A DNA stretch of 64,000 nucleotides from a virus: the IMG/VR virus record IMGVR_UViG_3300009177_000720. One strand, written 5' to 3'. The translations under genes and the position numbers were made by a program. Below, piece after piece: positions 26,707-35,824 of this stretch (its first letter is position 1; each line of letters opens with the position of its first letter). Below the pieces are notes generated by a model. The model did not search any database, was not told the origin of the DNA, and saw only the letters and a program-made list of their open reading frames with translations.

Positions 26707-28536
26707 TTAGGCTGGAGGTGGTGGAGCTTTCGGAGGGGCTGCTACTGGTGGAGGAGCGGCTGGGGCACCTAAGTCTTCTTCAATTTCAACTTCTGGTGTC
26801 TCTTTAGCATTACCGGCTAATTCAGCAGCTTCCTGATCTTTTCTCATCTGCTTACGAGCCTTTTCTTTTTCTTCATCAGATTGTAGCTTGTTTTTAATAC
26901 CAGCTACTTCTGGACTCTCGGGTACGTTACCGCCCTTAAGATCAACGTCCTTAGTGGATAGAGCACCACGTAGTTTTGAAAGAATATCTTCTACACGGCT
27001 AGAGATATAGTTGTTGGATTCTAGAGCTTTGTTTTGAGCTTCAGAAAGAGATGGGAAATAAGATGCTAATCCCTTGCTGTCTAACATCATATCTACAAGA
27101 GCTAGTCTTCTAGGAATTTCTCTAACTTTAAATACCTTAGCCAAGTCTTCTAACTCAGCTACGATATCGGAGATGGAAACATTAGCCATCATAGAGTCCA
27201 TCTTAGCGTTAAAGTCGCCACCACCCGTATCCGTCTTTTCACCTTCTGGTGGGGCGGTAGGGGCAGCAATTTCATCTTCTGTTACTTCAATAGGCTCTTC
27301 TGCAACCTCTGGAGCGGCAGGCTCTTCAGCGGCAGGTGGGGCCACTGGTGCTGGATTTAGTGGAGCTGGTGCAGGAGTAGTCGTCATTGGTTCAGCAGCC
27401 TGAGCCTCTGTAACTAGTAACTCATCATCCGCTTCGTTAACCTCAAGAGAATCTTCAACCTCTAAATCATCTTCTACCTTGCTGTCATCGCTTGGAGAGA
27501 AGTTTACCTTTTCCAATCCCTTTAGGAATTTTTCAATTCCAGGAGGCGCACTCTTCTCGCTTTGAGGCATGGTAACATTTCCATCTGGTTGAGCTGGGGT
27601 ACCAGCACCGCCTGATGGGACGCCTGGATTTCCGGCCCCGGTTGGATCTGGTGGTGGCGTTGGAGTTGGAGCTTGGGCTACAGAATATAGAACGCCAGCA
27701 GCTTTAGTAAAACCTTGTTTGATTAAAACATTAGCCTGACGGATAATCATATCTTCATACAATCTAGTAGAAGAACTAATCTTATTTACCATTTGAATTT
27801 TCTTCTTAAGTTGATAAATAGATTCTAATAGACTTTCAAATTCTTTTCCTGCGAATAAGTGGCCGTCTTTAGAACGAAGCAATTTTTCGGCAGAGTCTAA
27901 ACGACCAATAATTTTGTTTCTTTGCTTCTCAATGATGTCTCTTCTTTCAGACTCATCAGTAGCGCGACTCTTGGCAAAATCGATATCTGCTCCGGAAACT
28001 TCAGGGGCAGGGGCAGGCGACTTATCTGCATCGATAGGTAGGGCATATCCTGGAAGTTCTGGATTTTGGTACCACTTTTTTGGACCAGACTCCTCGAACC
28101 ATAGTTGTGCAAATTTATACTTCATATGATCTCCCGCCTCATAGAATTTAACCCAGTTAAGAAAATCAAAAGTTTCCATGACATTCCAACCAGAAGTTAC
28201 TCTGCGAATAGCTGTTACTCTGTTTTCGCCAGACTTTTCTTTACGGTAGATATCACTAATGGCCTGTAACCACTTCTGGGTGTCATGCTGTCCAGGGACG
28301 TGCATGTACACCTCTGTGTTTGGATAAGCCTTTCTTTTGCTAAAATCCAATCGTGGAATTGATTCAGGATCAAACTTTCCATAATCAATACCATATTGAT
28401 CAAAAAATTCCATTAACTTTTCAAGTTTAGGCTGCATCTCCTCCGTCACCTCTAATTCTTTATCAGAATAAGGGCGCTTGGCCAAATCTGGTTTTGGCGG
28501 ATCCTGTAGTTTTGAAAAGCGATTGATGGAACTCAT
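26707..28536 (-). CDS. Hypothetical head-region protein
   Basis: 609 aa; two hairpin-like motifs; YKFAQ, YSVAQ and LVTEAQ each precede Pro/Glu-rich linkers. Confidence 0.6.
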   Translation of the reverse strand: MSSINRFSKLQDPPKPDLAKRPYSDKELEVTEEMQPKLEKLMEFFDQYGIDYGKFDPESIPRLDFSKRKAYPNTEVYMHVPGQHDTQKWLQAISDIYRKEKSGENRVTAIRRVTSGWNVMETFDFLNWVKFYEAGDHMKYKFAQLWFEESGPKKWYQNPELPGYALPIDADKSPAPAPEVSGADIDFAKSRATDESERRDIIEKQRNKIIGRLDSAEKLLRSKDGHLFAGKEFESLLESIYQLKKKIQMVNKISSSTRLYEDMIIRQANVLIKQGFTKAAGVLYSVAQAPTPTPPPDPTGAGNPGVPSGGAGTPAQPDGNVTMPQSEKSAPPGIEKFLKGLEKVNFSPSDDSKVEDDLEVEDSLEVNEADDELLVTEAQAAEPMTTTPAPAPLNPAPVAPPAAEEPAAPEVAEEPIEVTEDEIAAPTAPPEGEKTDTGGGDFNAKMDSMMANVSISDIVAELEDLAKVFKVREIPRRLALVDMMLDSKGLASYFPSLSEAQNKALESNNYISSRVEDILSKLRGALSTKDVDLKGGNVPESPEVAGIKNKLQSDEEKEKARKQMRKDQEAAELAGNAKETPEVEIEEDLGAPAAPPPVAAPPKAPPPPA

Positions 28537-29294
28537 AACTCGTTGATTTTCTTGTTGATGGTTTCGTTAAGGAGTTTTGCTTCGGCAAGCTTCATTTCTT
28601 GTGAAGGTGCTGTTTCAGGGGTTGGAGGCTTCAATTTGGACATTTTTTCATTAAAAACTTCCAAAAAGTACATAGAAGTCTCTAAATCCATCTGAGACAA
28701 AACTTCTTTGATTACATCATGAAATACAGAAATATGCTGATCTACGACCTGCAAAGTCACGTTATGTTGAATAATTTGGTCAGGAGTGCGCCCTTCCTTC
28801 CATTTATGATACTTATCCAATAAGTTACCCAAAGCATCAATGTATTCAATCAATACACGCTCAACCTTGGTATTAATATCGTTTGGATTATCCTGCACAA
28901 TATCATAAATTTGGGCAACACGAGCCTCAACATTGATGGCCATCTTAGCCATAATGGTATCAATATCTAATTCGTTATTGGCAATCTTTACTAAAGCATC
29001 TTTATACGATGGATTACTCTTAACAGCCAAATCTAATTGATCGGTTGAATTGGTAGTAATAGCTCCCTTTACTTTTGAAAGGTCTTGCATTACATCATTA
29101 TAAAAATCCAAATAAGTATTTTGGAATGACTTAATCAGTTTTTCTGATAAAACAAATTTAGCTTCGCTAACGTTTGTGTACTTTGCTTTTAACCAATCAT
29201 GGATATCGGTTGGTGAGCTACCAATTACCAACTTAGAGATAATTTCGTCTTTATCTGGATGCTCCAGAATTTTCTTGTAAGTTAGTTTGCTCAT
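28533..29294 (-). CDS. Hypothetical protein; candidate terminase small subunit
   Basis: N-terminal HTH-like segment (HPDKDEIISKLVIGSSPTDIHDWL) followed by helical oligomerisation-type region. Confidence 0.35.
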   Translation of the reverse strand: MSKLTYKKILEHPDKDEIISKLVIGSSPTDIHDWLKAKYTNVSEAKFVLSEKLIKSFQNTYLDFYNDVMQDLSKVKGAITTNSTDQLDLAVKSNPSYKDALVKIANNELDIDTIMAKMAINVEARVAQIYDIVQDNPNDINTKVERVLIEYIDALGNLLDKYHKWKEGRTPDQIIQHNVTLQVVDQHISVFHDVIKEVLSQMDLETSMYFLEVFNEKMSKLKPPTPETAPSQEMKLAEAKLLNETINKKINEL

Positions 29295-29303
29295 TTAATT
29301 CCT

Positions 29304-30014
29304 TCATGGCTTATTATATCCTAATCTGCCTTCACGGGTATCAAAGATGGCATGATAAGGAACATTAAGACCTTGAGTCTGTTGAGCAACATCACCACCA
29401 GGAACCTTAGCTCCGTTATTTAATTCAAAACCGGTTTCAAAGTTGTAAGACTTCTTATCTAATTCGCATTGCCACATGTGCTCGCCTACGCGCGCAATCT
29501 GGACGCCTGGATGATCTGGACAGTATCTAGTGCTCAAAGGAGCCTCTAAAATATCGTACTGCTTGGTCATTTGGCTCTTATCAATTGCTTTTTCTGATTC
29601 GCCAATCTTATTGGTATCGTGAAGCTCTTTACGAGGATTCTCGTACTTCTTCTTTAACTCTTCGGTTCTAGCGTCTAACAAATCCTTGCGACCTTCAACT
29701 GGAGGAGCAGCAATAGATAGAAGTAACTCATCTAGAACGGAAGCTTGCTTTTTAAGAGCTGGGTCACCAGAGGCATCAAAGGCCGCAGCTAGGGCAGCAA
29801 TTTCTTCAATGGCTTGTGGGGTAATTTTGGACTCTTCAGGTGGTTCCATTTCGCTGACTTGTTCAGCAGCGTTCTTTAATAGAGCGGCAGCTAGAACACA
29901 AGATTCAGCTACAACCTTCATGCTACCCTCGTGGTATTCGGCTAGCAGGACGGCTTCATTGTTTGGGCTTTCCAACCAGGAAGCGATTGCGCTTAACATT
30001 TCAGAAATTCTCAT
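29304..30014 (-). CDS. Hypothetical protein with helical hairpin and C-terminal Cys/His motif
   Basis: IAALAAAFDASGDPALKKQASVLDELL; LSTRYCPDHPG...WQCELD. Confidence 0.6.
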   Translation of the reverse strand: MRISEMLSAIASWLESPNNEAVLLAEYHEGSMKVVAESCVLAAALLKNAAEQVSEMEPPEESKITPQAIEEIAALAAAFDASGDPALKKQASVLDELLLSIAAPPVEGRKDLLDARTEELKKKYENPRKELHDTNKIGESEKAIDKSQMTKQYDILEAPLSTRYCPDHPGVQIARVGEHMWQCELDKKSYNFETGFELNNGAKVPGGDVAQQTQGLNVPYHAIFDTREGRLGYNKP

Positions 30015-30017
30015 CGT

Positions 30018-30983
30018 TTACTCCTCTCCCTCATCAACACCTTCTTGTTTTTGCTTCTTTCTCTCATGCATCTGCTTGCTCCATTCTTCCTCAGGAGGAA
30101 GTTGGTTTAGCTGTTGCTGAGCCTGCTCTTCGGGTGCTTCAAATAAAGGAGCATTAGTGGCCATTCGTTCGGCATGTTCTTTAAAAATTTGTGCAAGCTG
30201 CATTTTGACTGAAGCTTCATCCCTAGGAGAATGACCTCTCTTTAAGGCGTTAATAACGGTATGAATCTGTTCCTTAAATGAAGGGTCATTTTCAAAAGCA
30301 ATTCTCCAGTCATCATTTGATTGAATACCAAACTCCAAACCATATTGTCTAATAAATGGAGTAATATCATATTCAGACAACGGGGCCCTACGTGGCTTCA
30401 ACCTTGGTCTGTCGTAAGTTCTGTACTCATTCTCAGCATCTTCAATGGCTTCTTCTGATTTTCCAGATTCCATCATCTTTAATTTATTTAGATTAAAGAG
30501 TCCATCAGAAATAATACCGTAAAGATTAATTAAACCAGTTCTAGCCTTGGCGTATTGTCCACCCTTTTGTCTTTCGTCATGTTTCTTAGCTGCTGGGACT
30601 AAAAAGTAAACCAACATAGAAACAGATGGAAAATCTTGCTTTCCTCTATCATCAGCCTTCATTTGGCTATCAATAAGGGCTTTCATTTCACGAAACTTAG
30701 CTCTTAGAGTCTTTAAATCAACAGTAGCTTGATTTACTTTAAGAACGTCAATCGTATTAAGTAAAGATTTAGTAAAGTTGTAACCTGCTTCGGCTAACTT
30801 TTCATCAGGCGTGTTGGCGCCGGCCACTCCTGATTCGGCACAAGAGCGAAGGATATTAAATCTTTTATTAGCAATTTCCCATAGCTGGGTAATAGAACGG
30901 CGAACATCGCCTTCAATCTCTTCAGGCTTAGCGGCGACCTTGTATTTGTACGCTAACAGTTCGGCTAACCTAATCATTTTCAT
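30018..30983 (-). CDS. Hypothetical protein
   Basis: 321 aa ORF; YKVAA near N-terminus. Confidence 0.6.
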   Translation of the reverse strand: MKMIRLAELLAYKYKVAAKPEEIEGDVRRSITQLWEIANKRFNILRSCAESGVAGANTPDEKLAEAGYNFTKSLLNTIDVLKVNQATVDLKTLRAKFREMKALIDSQMKADDRGKQDFPSVSMLVYFLVPAAKKHDERQKGGQYAKARTGLINLYGIISDGLFNLNKLKMMESGKSEEAIEDAENEYRTYDRPRLKPRRAPLSEYDITPFIRQYGLEFGIQSNDDWRIAFENDPSFKEQIHTVINALKRGHSPRDEASVKMQLAQIFKEHAERMATNAPLFEAPEEQAQQQLNQLPPEEEWSKQMHERKKQKQEGVDEGEE

Positions 30984-30986
30984 AGA

Positions 30987-32600
30987 TCACCCGAAGATTT
31001 TAGAGTTATTGAAAACGGCTCCTTCGTAAGTTTCATCCATTCCTCTACGATAAAGTGGTCTGCAATTTCCATCCTTATCTTGGTATACCTTGTGAGCTGG
31101 TAGGCCGGTATGGGCACAAACAGGGTGCTCACTAGTAGAGGTCTTAATCATATGGGAACACTTAGATGGTGCGGAAGCTTCCTTCTTGTTGCCAGACAAA
31201 CCCTGCATCAACAACTGGAATCCAGTTGCATAAGCCTTGGTGTCACCTGATCTAGACAATACATTTAAGGCATCTTCAGCCTTTTCGTTATTTCCCTCAG
31301 CAAGAGCGGTTCTTAGGTTGTTAAGTACATCACTTGGCTTCAATCCAAATAATGGAGAAGCAGCAGCGGCAGCCTTGAAGTCACTAGCGTTGTTAACATA
31401 CAAACCGTTAACGCCATCAGCATTAAATGGAGCAACAGTTCCGTTGCATAGCATTACACTTGGCTTTACTACTTTACCTTCGGCAACCTTGACTGGAACA
31501 GTAAATCCAACTCTGCCAGCATCAAGAGCAACGCTGTAGAAAATAGTAGCATCATCACTCTTGGTGACTGTTACTTGTGGATTCTTGTGACCATAACCAG
31601 TTAGCTCTCTGATAATGTATTCTCTTGCAACCTTGACCTTATCGGCTCCAAACTGCCATGCAGCCTGTCCGTAAGGAGAAGTAAATTGCTTTTCAAAAGA
31701 AACGAACTCATCATACTTTGGAAGTTCAACTTCCTTAGCGGATGCTTCGGCAACCTTTTGTCCAACGATTTGGTTGGTGAAAAATTCAGACTTGCCCTGA
31801 CGGGTAGCGGTTAGCTTGGTTAATGCAATCTCTGCATCGCTAATCTCTCTATTCTCGGAGGCAGCCTTGGTTAGAACAGACAAAATACCAGTGGCATTCA
31901 TCTTTAGCTTGGTGCCAGCTTGGGTAGTTAAGTAAGTCTTGATATTGGTGTGATTTAGTTCTTGTGGGCCAGTGTTACCCATGAAAACAGAAGCTTCAAC
32001 AACTTTGTTATCTGGTGTTTCAACTGGAATATAAAGACTAGTGACACCCTTTGGAGTCTCATAGTCAGCTTTGATAACAAGGAACTTATCGTTACCATCA
32101 TCGACTGCAATTGCAGTTGGTTTCAAGTTCCAGGCATCCAAAGAACTAGCCACTGAGGCTAATGCTTTGTTAGCTAACTGTTGGGAGTACATCTTCAATG
32201 GAGCATGCTTATCAAAAACACTATTAAGTGCATTGGCAAGAACGGCATCGCCAACTTCGAAAGGATTAACTTCCTTGGTGGCCTCATCACGCTCAAAAAT
32301 TTGTGGGGTAGCTAGCTCAGTCATAGTGCCAAGTTCGTTTTGAAATAATTCAGCGAACTTAGTATTACGAGAATGTAGCTTAGTGTAGAGGGCTTTCAAT
32401 TCAGCCTTACGAATAAACAAAGTGTTATTAGCTGCCATCTTTCCAATTACTCTGGACATGGCGCCAATGGTTTGATCACCTGGATAGGCATCAACGGCCT
32501 TGGCCAACTTTGCCGCTAGGATTGGAGTAGCAATTCTCTCATTGTCTTCCACTGACTTAGCTAGAGAACCTACTAATTGTTGTATTTTGTCGAGGCTCAT
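30987..32600 (-). CDS. Hypothetical virion-region protein
   Basis: Start moved to MSLDKI (AGGTG RBS); two related alpha/beta units; Cys/His C-terminus after KKEAS. Confidence 0.6.
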   Translation of the reverse strand: MSLDKIQQLVGSLAKSVEDNERIATPILAAKLAKAVDAYPGDQTIGAMSRVIGKMAANNTLFIRKAELKALYTKLHSRNTKFAELFQNELGTMTELATPQIFERDEATKEVNPFEVGDAVLANALNSVFDKHAPLKMYSQQLANKALASVASSLDAWNLKPTAIAVDDGNDKFLVIKADYETPKGVTSLYIPVETPDNKVVEASVFMGNTGPQELNHTNIKTYLTTQAGTKLKMNATGILSVLTKAASENREISDAEIALTKLTATRQGKSEFFTNQIVGQKVAEASAKEVELPKYDEFVSFEKQFTSPYGQAAWQFGADKVKVAREYIIRELTGYGHKNPQVTVTKSDDATIFYSVALDAGRVGFTVPVKVAEGKVVKPSVMLCNGTVAPFNADGVNGLYVNNASDFKAAAAASPLFGLKPSDVLNNLRTALAEGNNEKAEDALNVLSRSGDTKAYATGFQLLMQGLSGNKKEASAPSKCSHMIKTSTSEHPVCAHTGLPAHKVYQDKDGNCRPLYRRGMDETYEGAVFNNSKIFG

Positions 32601-32621
32601 TTTCAGCACCTATTCCGTATG

Positions 32622-33080
32622 TTATACTAACTCAGGGTATTTATCTAATACCAATTTTTTAGCTGATTCTGGCAATTGATTCAAAAGAGCTTTGACCAGC
32701 TTCTTATTGGTAGCCAACTTAGCAGGCAAATATTCTGGAACTTTTGAAACTTCACTAGAAGGAATGCCCAACTTATTGGAAGCTACCCTTACGATTGGGT
32801 CTCCCTTGTAATACACCTGTAGCTCGCCAGCAGTCTTGCTAACTAGTACTTCCCAGTGGTTGGCAGTCTTCTGCTCTTCCTCTGGTTGGTATAAGGCTAC
32901 AATGTACTCGCCATCTTCAGCGCTTTGTACTTGCCATAAATCGGCGGCTTTATCACTGTCCTTGAATCTAACAATGTCAAAAGCAACGGTCTCAAGACGG
33001 TCTTTTACATCGCTGAGTCTGTAAGCCCTCTTGTAGATCTTGTTCTCCAAACCTGAGTAATCTATCGAAAATTTTGACAT
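32622..33080 (-). CDS. Hypothetical protein
   Basis: Start moved to MSKFSI (GGGAGA RBS); first gene after the terminator. Confidence 0.6.
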   Translation of the reverse strand: MSKFSIDYSGLENKIYKRAYRLSDVKDRLETVAFDIVRFKDSDKAADLWQVQSAEDGEYIVALYQPEEEQKTANHWEVLVSKTAGELQVYYKGDPIVRVASNKLGIPSSEVSKVPEYLPAKLATNKKLVKALLNQLPESAKKLVLDKYPELV

Positions 33081-33181
33081 TACATCTCCCATTAAACAGA
33101 ATATGCCTTACATAGATAAAGAAATATTGATACGATTATAGACTTTATTTCGGCCCAAGGGGTACTAATAAGTCCATTTTT

Positions 33182-33224
33182 AAACAAAAATAAAGGGTGT
33201 ACCCTATTCAAAGGATACACCCTT
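33182..33224 (-). terminator. Intrinsic terminator separating replication and head regions
   Basis: AAGGGTGTA...TACACCCTT stem followed on the minus strand by TATTTTTGTTT. Confidence 0.75.
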
Positions 33225-33244
33225 ATAACATTTTAGTATTTGAT

Positions 33245-33685
33245 TTACCAGCGCTCGTCTCTTAAATCTCTCATCTTGACCAAGATTTCTTTGATTTTAT
33301 CATCATTTTCAATAATCTTGCGGATTTTCTTTCTAGCCCCACCATAAATCTTCTTACCATTCTTGTAATCAACGTTTCCGTTAAGCGACTTGGTAATAGA
33401 ACTTTGATTGACATTTAGCATTTTGGCTATTTCCATCTGAGTATATCCATCGGCATATAATCTGATGACTTCTCTTTGTCTTGGAGTTAATAAAGTATCA
33501 ACTACGCGCCAAAACTCTTTCTTTAACTGCTCTTCTAGCTCCATGAGCCCTTCATTGTATTCAAATGGATTAAGTCTGGCTGAGATACTGTCCTCGTTGC
33601 AAAAAGACTCAAGCATGTCATTTGAGCAAACAGTTTCTAATAATACCCATTGATACTTATCTGATCGATTTTTTCTACGTTCCAT
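33245..33685 (-). CDS. Sigma-70 region 4 / LuxR-type HTH protein
   Basis: LTPRQREVIRLYADGYTQMEIAKMLNVNQSSITK; no recognisable region 2. Confidence 0.75.
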   Translation of the reverse strand: MERRKNRSDKYQWVLLETVCSNDMLESFCNEDSISARLNPFEYNEGLMELEEQLKKEFWRVVDTLLTPRQREVIRLYADGYTQMEIAKMLNVNQSSITKSLNGNVDYKNGKKIYGGARKKIRKIIENDDKIKEILVKMRDLRDERW

Positions 33686-33718
33686 TTATACTCCACAGTA
33701 AAGACTAGACTGAATCAG

Positions 33719-33727
33719 AATATATCA
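33719..33727 (-). promoter_or_regulatory. Putative promoter motif TGATATATT
   Basis: Intergenic, 33 nt upstream of the sigma-like gene. Confidence 0.5.
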
Positions 33728-33759
33728 ATAATTAAGTGCCGAAAATTTAACTTAAAATT

Positions 33760-34527
33760 TTAACCCTTAATGTCAAAAGACACTGACTCATCACCAGTCT
33801 TTGTAAAGTACTCGTCGATGTCTTTGTAACTTTCTGGTAAGTAAAAATTTTGAATATTGGCTAATTTACCGAATTTTTCGACAATGCGTTTCCTCCCCTT
33901 TTCCCCGGCTTCATCATTGTCCAACAACAAAAATATGTTATCGGTGTATCTGCTAATGACAGAAAATTGATAGGAAGTCATATGAGAATTACCCAAAGCT
34001 ACAATATTGGTAAATCCCTTCTCTACAGCTTTTATCACATCAAATTGACCCTCTACTATATAGACACAATCTTTCTCTATAATAGATTGTTTATTCTCGT
34101 ATAAACCAAATAATAGATTACCCTTCTTAAAAGCATTGGTCTCTGAGGTATTCTTATACTTGGGTATTTTCAATGCCTTCCATTCTGGCTCAGGCATCAT
34201 GGTACGACCTACCAAGGCTACCACTTCACCATAAACGTTACGGAAAGGCATAATGAGAGGGTGATGCTCAAAATAGCACATAGGAATGCTGCGCGGGCAT
34301 AAGGAATCTTCTATAGTCTTGTAATATAAGAGTTTTTCTTTACAAAGAGTATCTTCCCCTACCATATCAGTTAGGGCTCGAAGGTTCTTCATTCCAGGAA
34401 AGTAACCAAACGCAAAACGCTCTTGACTTTCAAGAACTAGTCGAGAGTCCAAGTACTCTTTGCAGTCTTGAGCTTCTGGAAAGTTGTTAAGAAGATATCT
34501 GCAAGATTCTACAATTTTATCTAACAT
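33760..34527 (-). CDS. dnaG: DNA primase catalytic core (TOPRIM), lacking the zinc-binding domain
   Basis: YLDSR...FGYFP, IMPFRNVYGEVVALVGR, PKYKNTSET, IVEGQFDV, LLDNDEAG, KDIDEY. Confidence 0.85.
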   Translation of the reverse strand: MLDKIVESCRYLLNNFPEAQDCKEYLDSRLVLESQERFAFGYFPGMKNLRALTDMVGEDTLCKEKLLYYKTIEDSLCPRSIPMCYFEHHPLIMPFRNVYGEVVALVGRTMMPEPEWKALKIPKYKNTSETNAFKKGNLLFGLYENKQSIIEKDCVYIVEGQFDVIKAVEKGFTNIVALGNSHMTSYQFSVISRYTDNIFLLLDNDEAGEKGRKRIVEKFGKLANIQNFYLPESYKDIDEYFTKTGDESVSFDIKG

Positions 34528-34544
34528 GCTGCTTCCTTCGATGC

Positions 34545-34883
34545 TTAAACGTCTTTATCAGTCGTTCGCAGCTTGTCTTTTAACATATTCTTGAATATCG
34601 GACTTAGGTTATCAAGCGGCTGAGAGCAAGCTCCACACACTATATCGTCCTGCACCAGCTTCGGGCGCTCTTCTCTCCCGCATTTAGCACATTTAACGGC
34701 GAAAGGCTTAGCTTTCTTCTGCCTAAATTGCTTCATGCTCTTCATCTGTACTTTAACAAAGTGTGTAATGTTAGTGATTTCACCGTCACACAAGGAGCAG
34801 TAGACTTTGTTATCTTGCGGGTCTAAATAGGGTTCTTGTATCTTACCGCATCCTTTATTTGTGCAAAAAGTAGAGAACGGCAT
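34545..34883 (-). CDS. Double zinc-ribbon protein
   Basis: CTNKGC, CSLC, CAKC, CGAC. Confidence 0.65.
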   Translation of the reverse strand: MPFSTFCTNKGCGKIQEPYLDPQDNKVYCSLCDGEITNITHFVKVQMKSMKQFRQKKAKPFAVKCAKCGREERPKLVQDDIVCGACSQPLDNLSPIFKNMLKDKLRTTDKDV

Positions 34884-34885
34884 AA

Positions 34886-35824
34886 TTATCCTTTATTGTC
34901 CAGAATATCAATTAACTTACTGACATCTTTGGGGTAAGTAACGTCCAGAATGACTTTTTGATCTCCTTGACCATTGACACCTAAACGCGGGATAATTACC
35001 TCATCCTTGTTTTTGGATTTAGGTTTAATATCCACTTCTTTGCTTCCTAGAATAGTTTTAACGGATTTCTTGCACCCTTTAAGGGCTTCCAGGAGAGAAA
35101 TCTCTAAAGAAGATACCACCTGATTACCATCTAAACGAAGACCCGGCTCCGGGGTAACCGTCAAGTGTAAATGAACATCTGTATGCTGTTCTATCTGTCC
35201 CATAAAGAAACCAGCGAAATTACCCATTCCGCTTAGGCGTAAAACATTTCCAGTCTGAACGCCTCCTGGAATGGATACGTTAATAGAAGCTTCGGCATCC
35301 AGTATTCCGTCAGTTTTACAATACGTGCATGGATCAGTTTGCATTCTTCCATAACATTTATCACAGGTCTGAATCATTACAGTATTCCCCTGACGAGACA
35401 CTACCTGTCCACGACCCCCACACTTATCACAGCCATTGTTTCTGGTAATTTGGCCTTGACCATTACAAGACGGACATTTGGTCTTTCTAGTAAACTTAAA
35501 TTCTTTCTTACAGCCTAAGATAGAATCTTTAAATGAAATAGTAGTGTGTATTGGAATGTTTTCTGGTTGAATGAAAACTTGCTGGCCATTAAATGGATTA
35601 TGAATACCATTCTGCTGCCAATGCTGCGCTTCACGGTCAGTACTCTTTCCAGAAGAGACTACCTGATATGCCTCATTGATCTTCTTGAACTTGTCCTCAG
35701 CACCCGCTTCCTTGTTTACATCAGGGTGGTACTTCTTAGTAAGTTCGCGATACTTTTTCTTAGCCTCTTCCGGGGTAGCCGTCTGAGGTATTTCTAAGAT
35801 TGAGTAGGCTTCCTTAAGATTCAT
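34886..35824 (-). CDS. dnaJ: DnaJ (Hsp40) chaperone
   Basis: J domain with HPD and FKKINEAY; CxxCxGxG repeats; C-terminal domain; G/F region reduced. Confidence 0.9.
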   Translation of the reverse strand: MNLKEAYSILEIPQTATPEEAKKKYRELTKKYHPDVNKEAGAEDKFKKINEAYQVVSSGKSTDREAQHWQQNGIHNPFNGQQVFIQPENIPIHTTISFKDSILGCKKEFKFTRKTKCPSCNGQGQITRNNGCDKCGGRGQVVSRQGNTVMIQTCDKCYGRMQTDPCTYCKTDGILDAEASINVSIPGGVQTGNVLRLSGMGNFAGFFMGQIEQHTDVHLHLTVTPEPGLRLDGNQVVSSLEISLLEALKGCKKSVKTILGSKEVDIKPKSKNKDEVIIPRLGVNGQGDQKVILDVTYPKDVSKLIDILDNKG

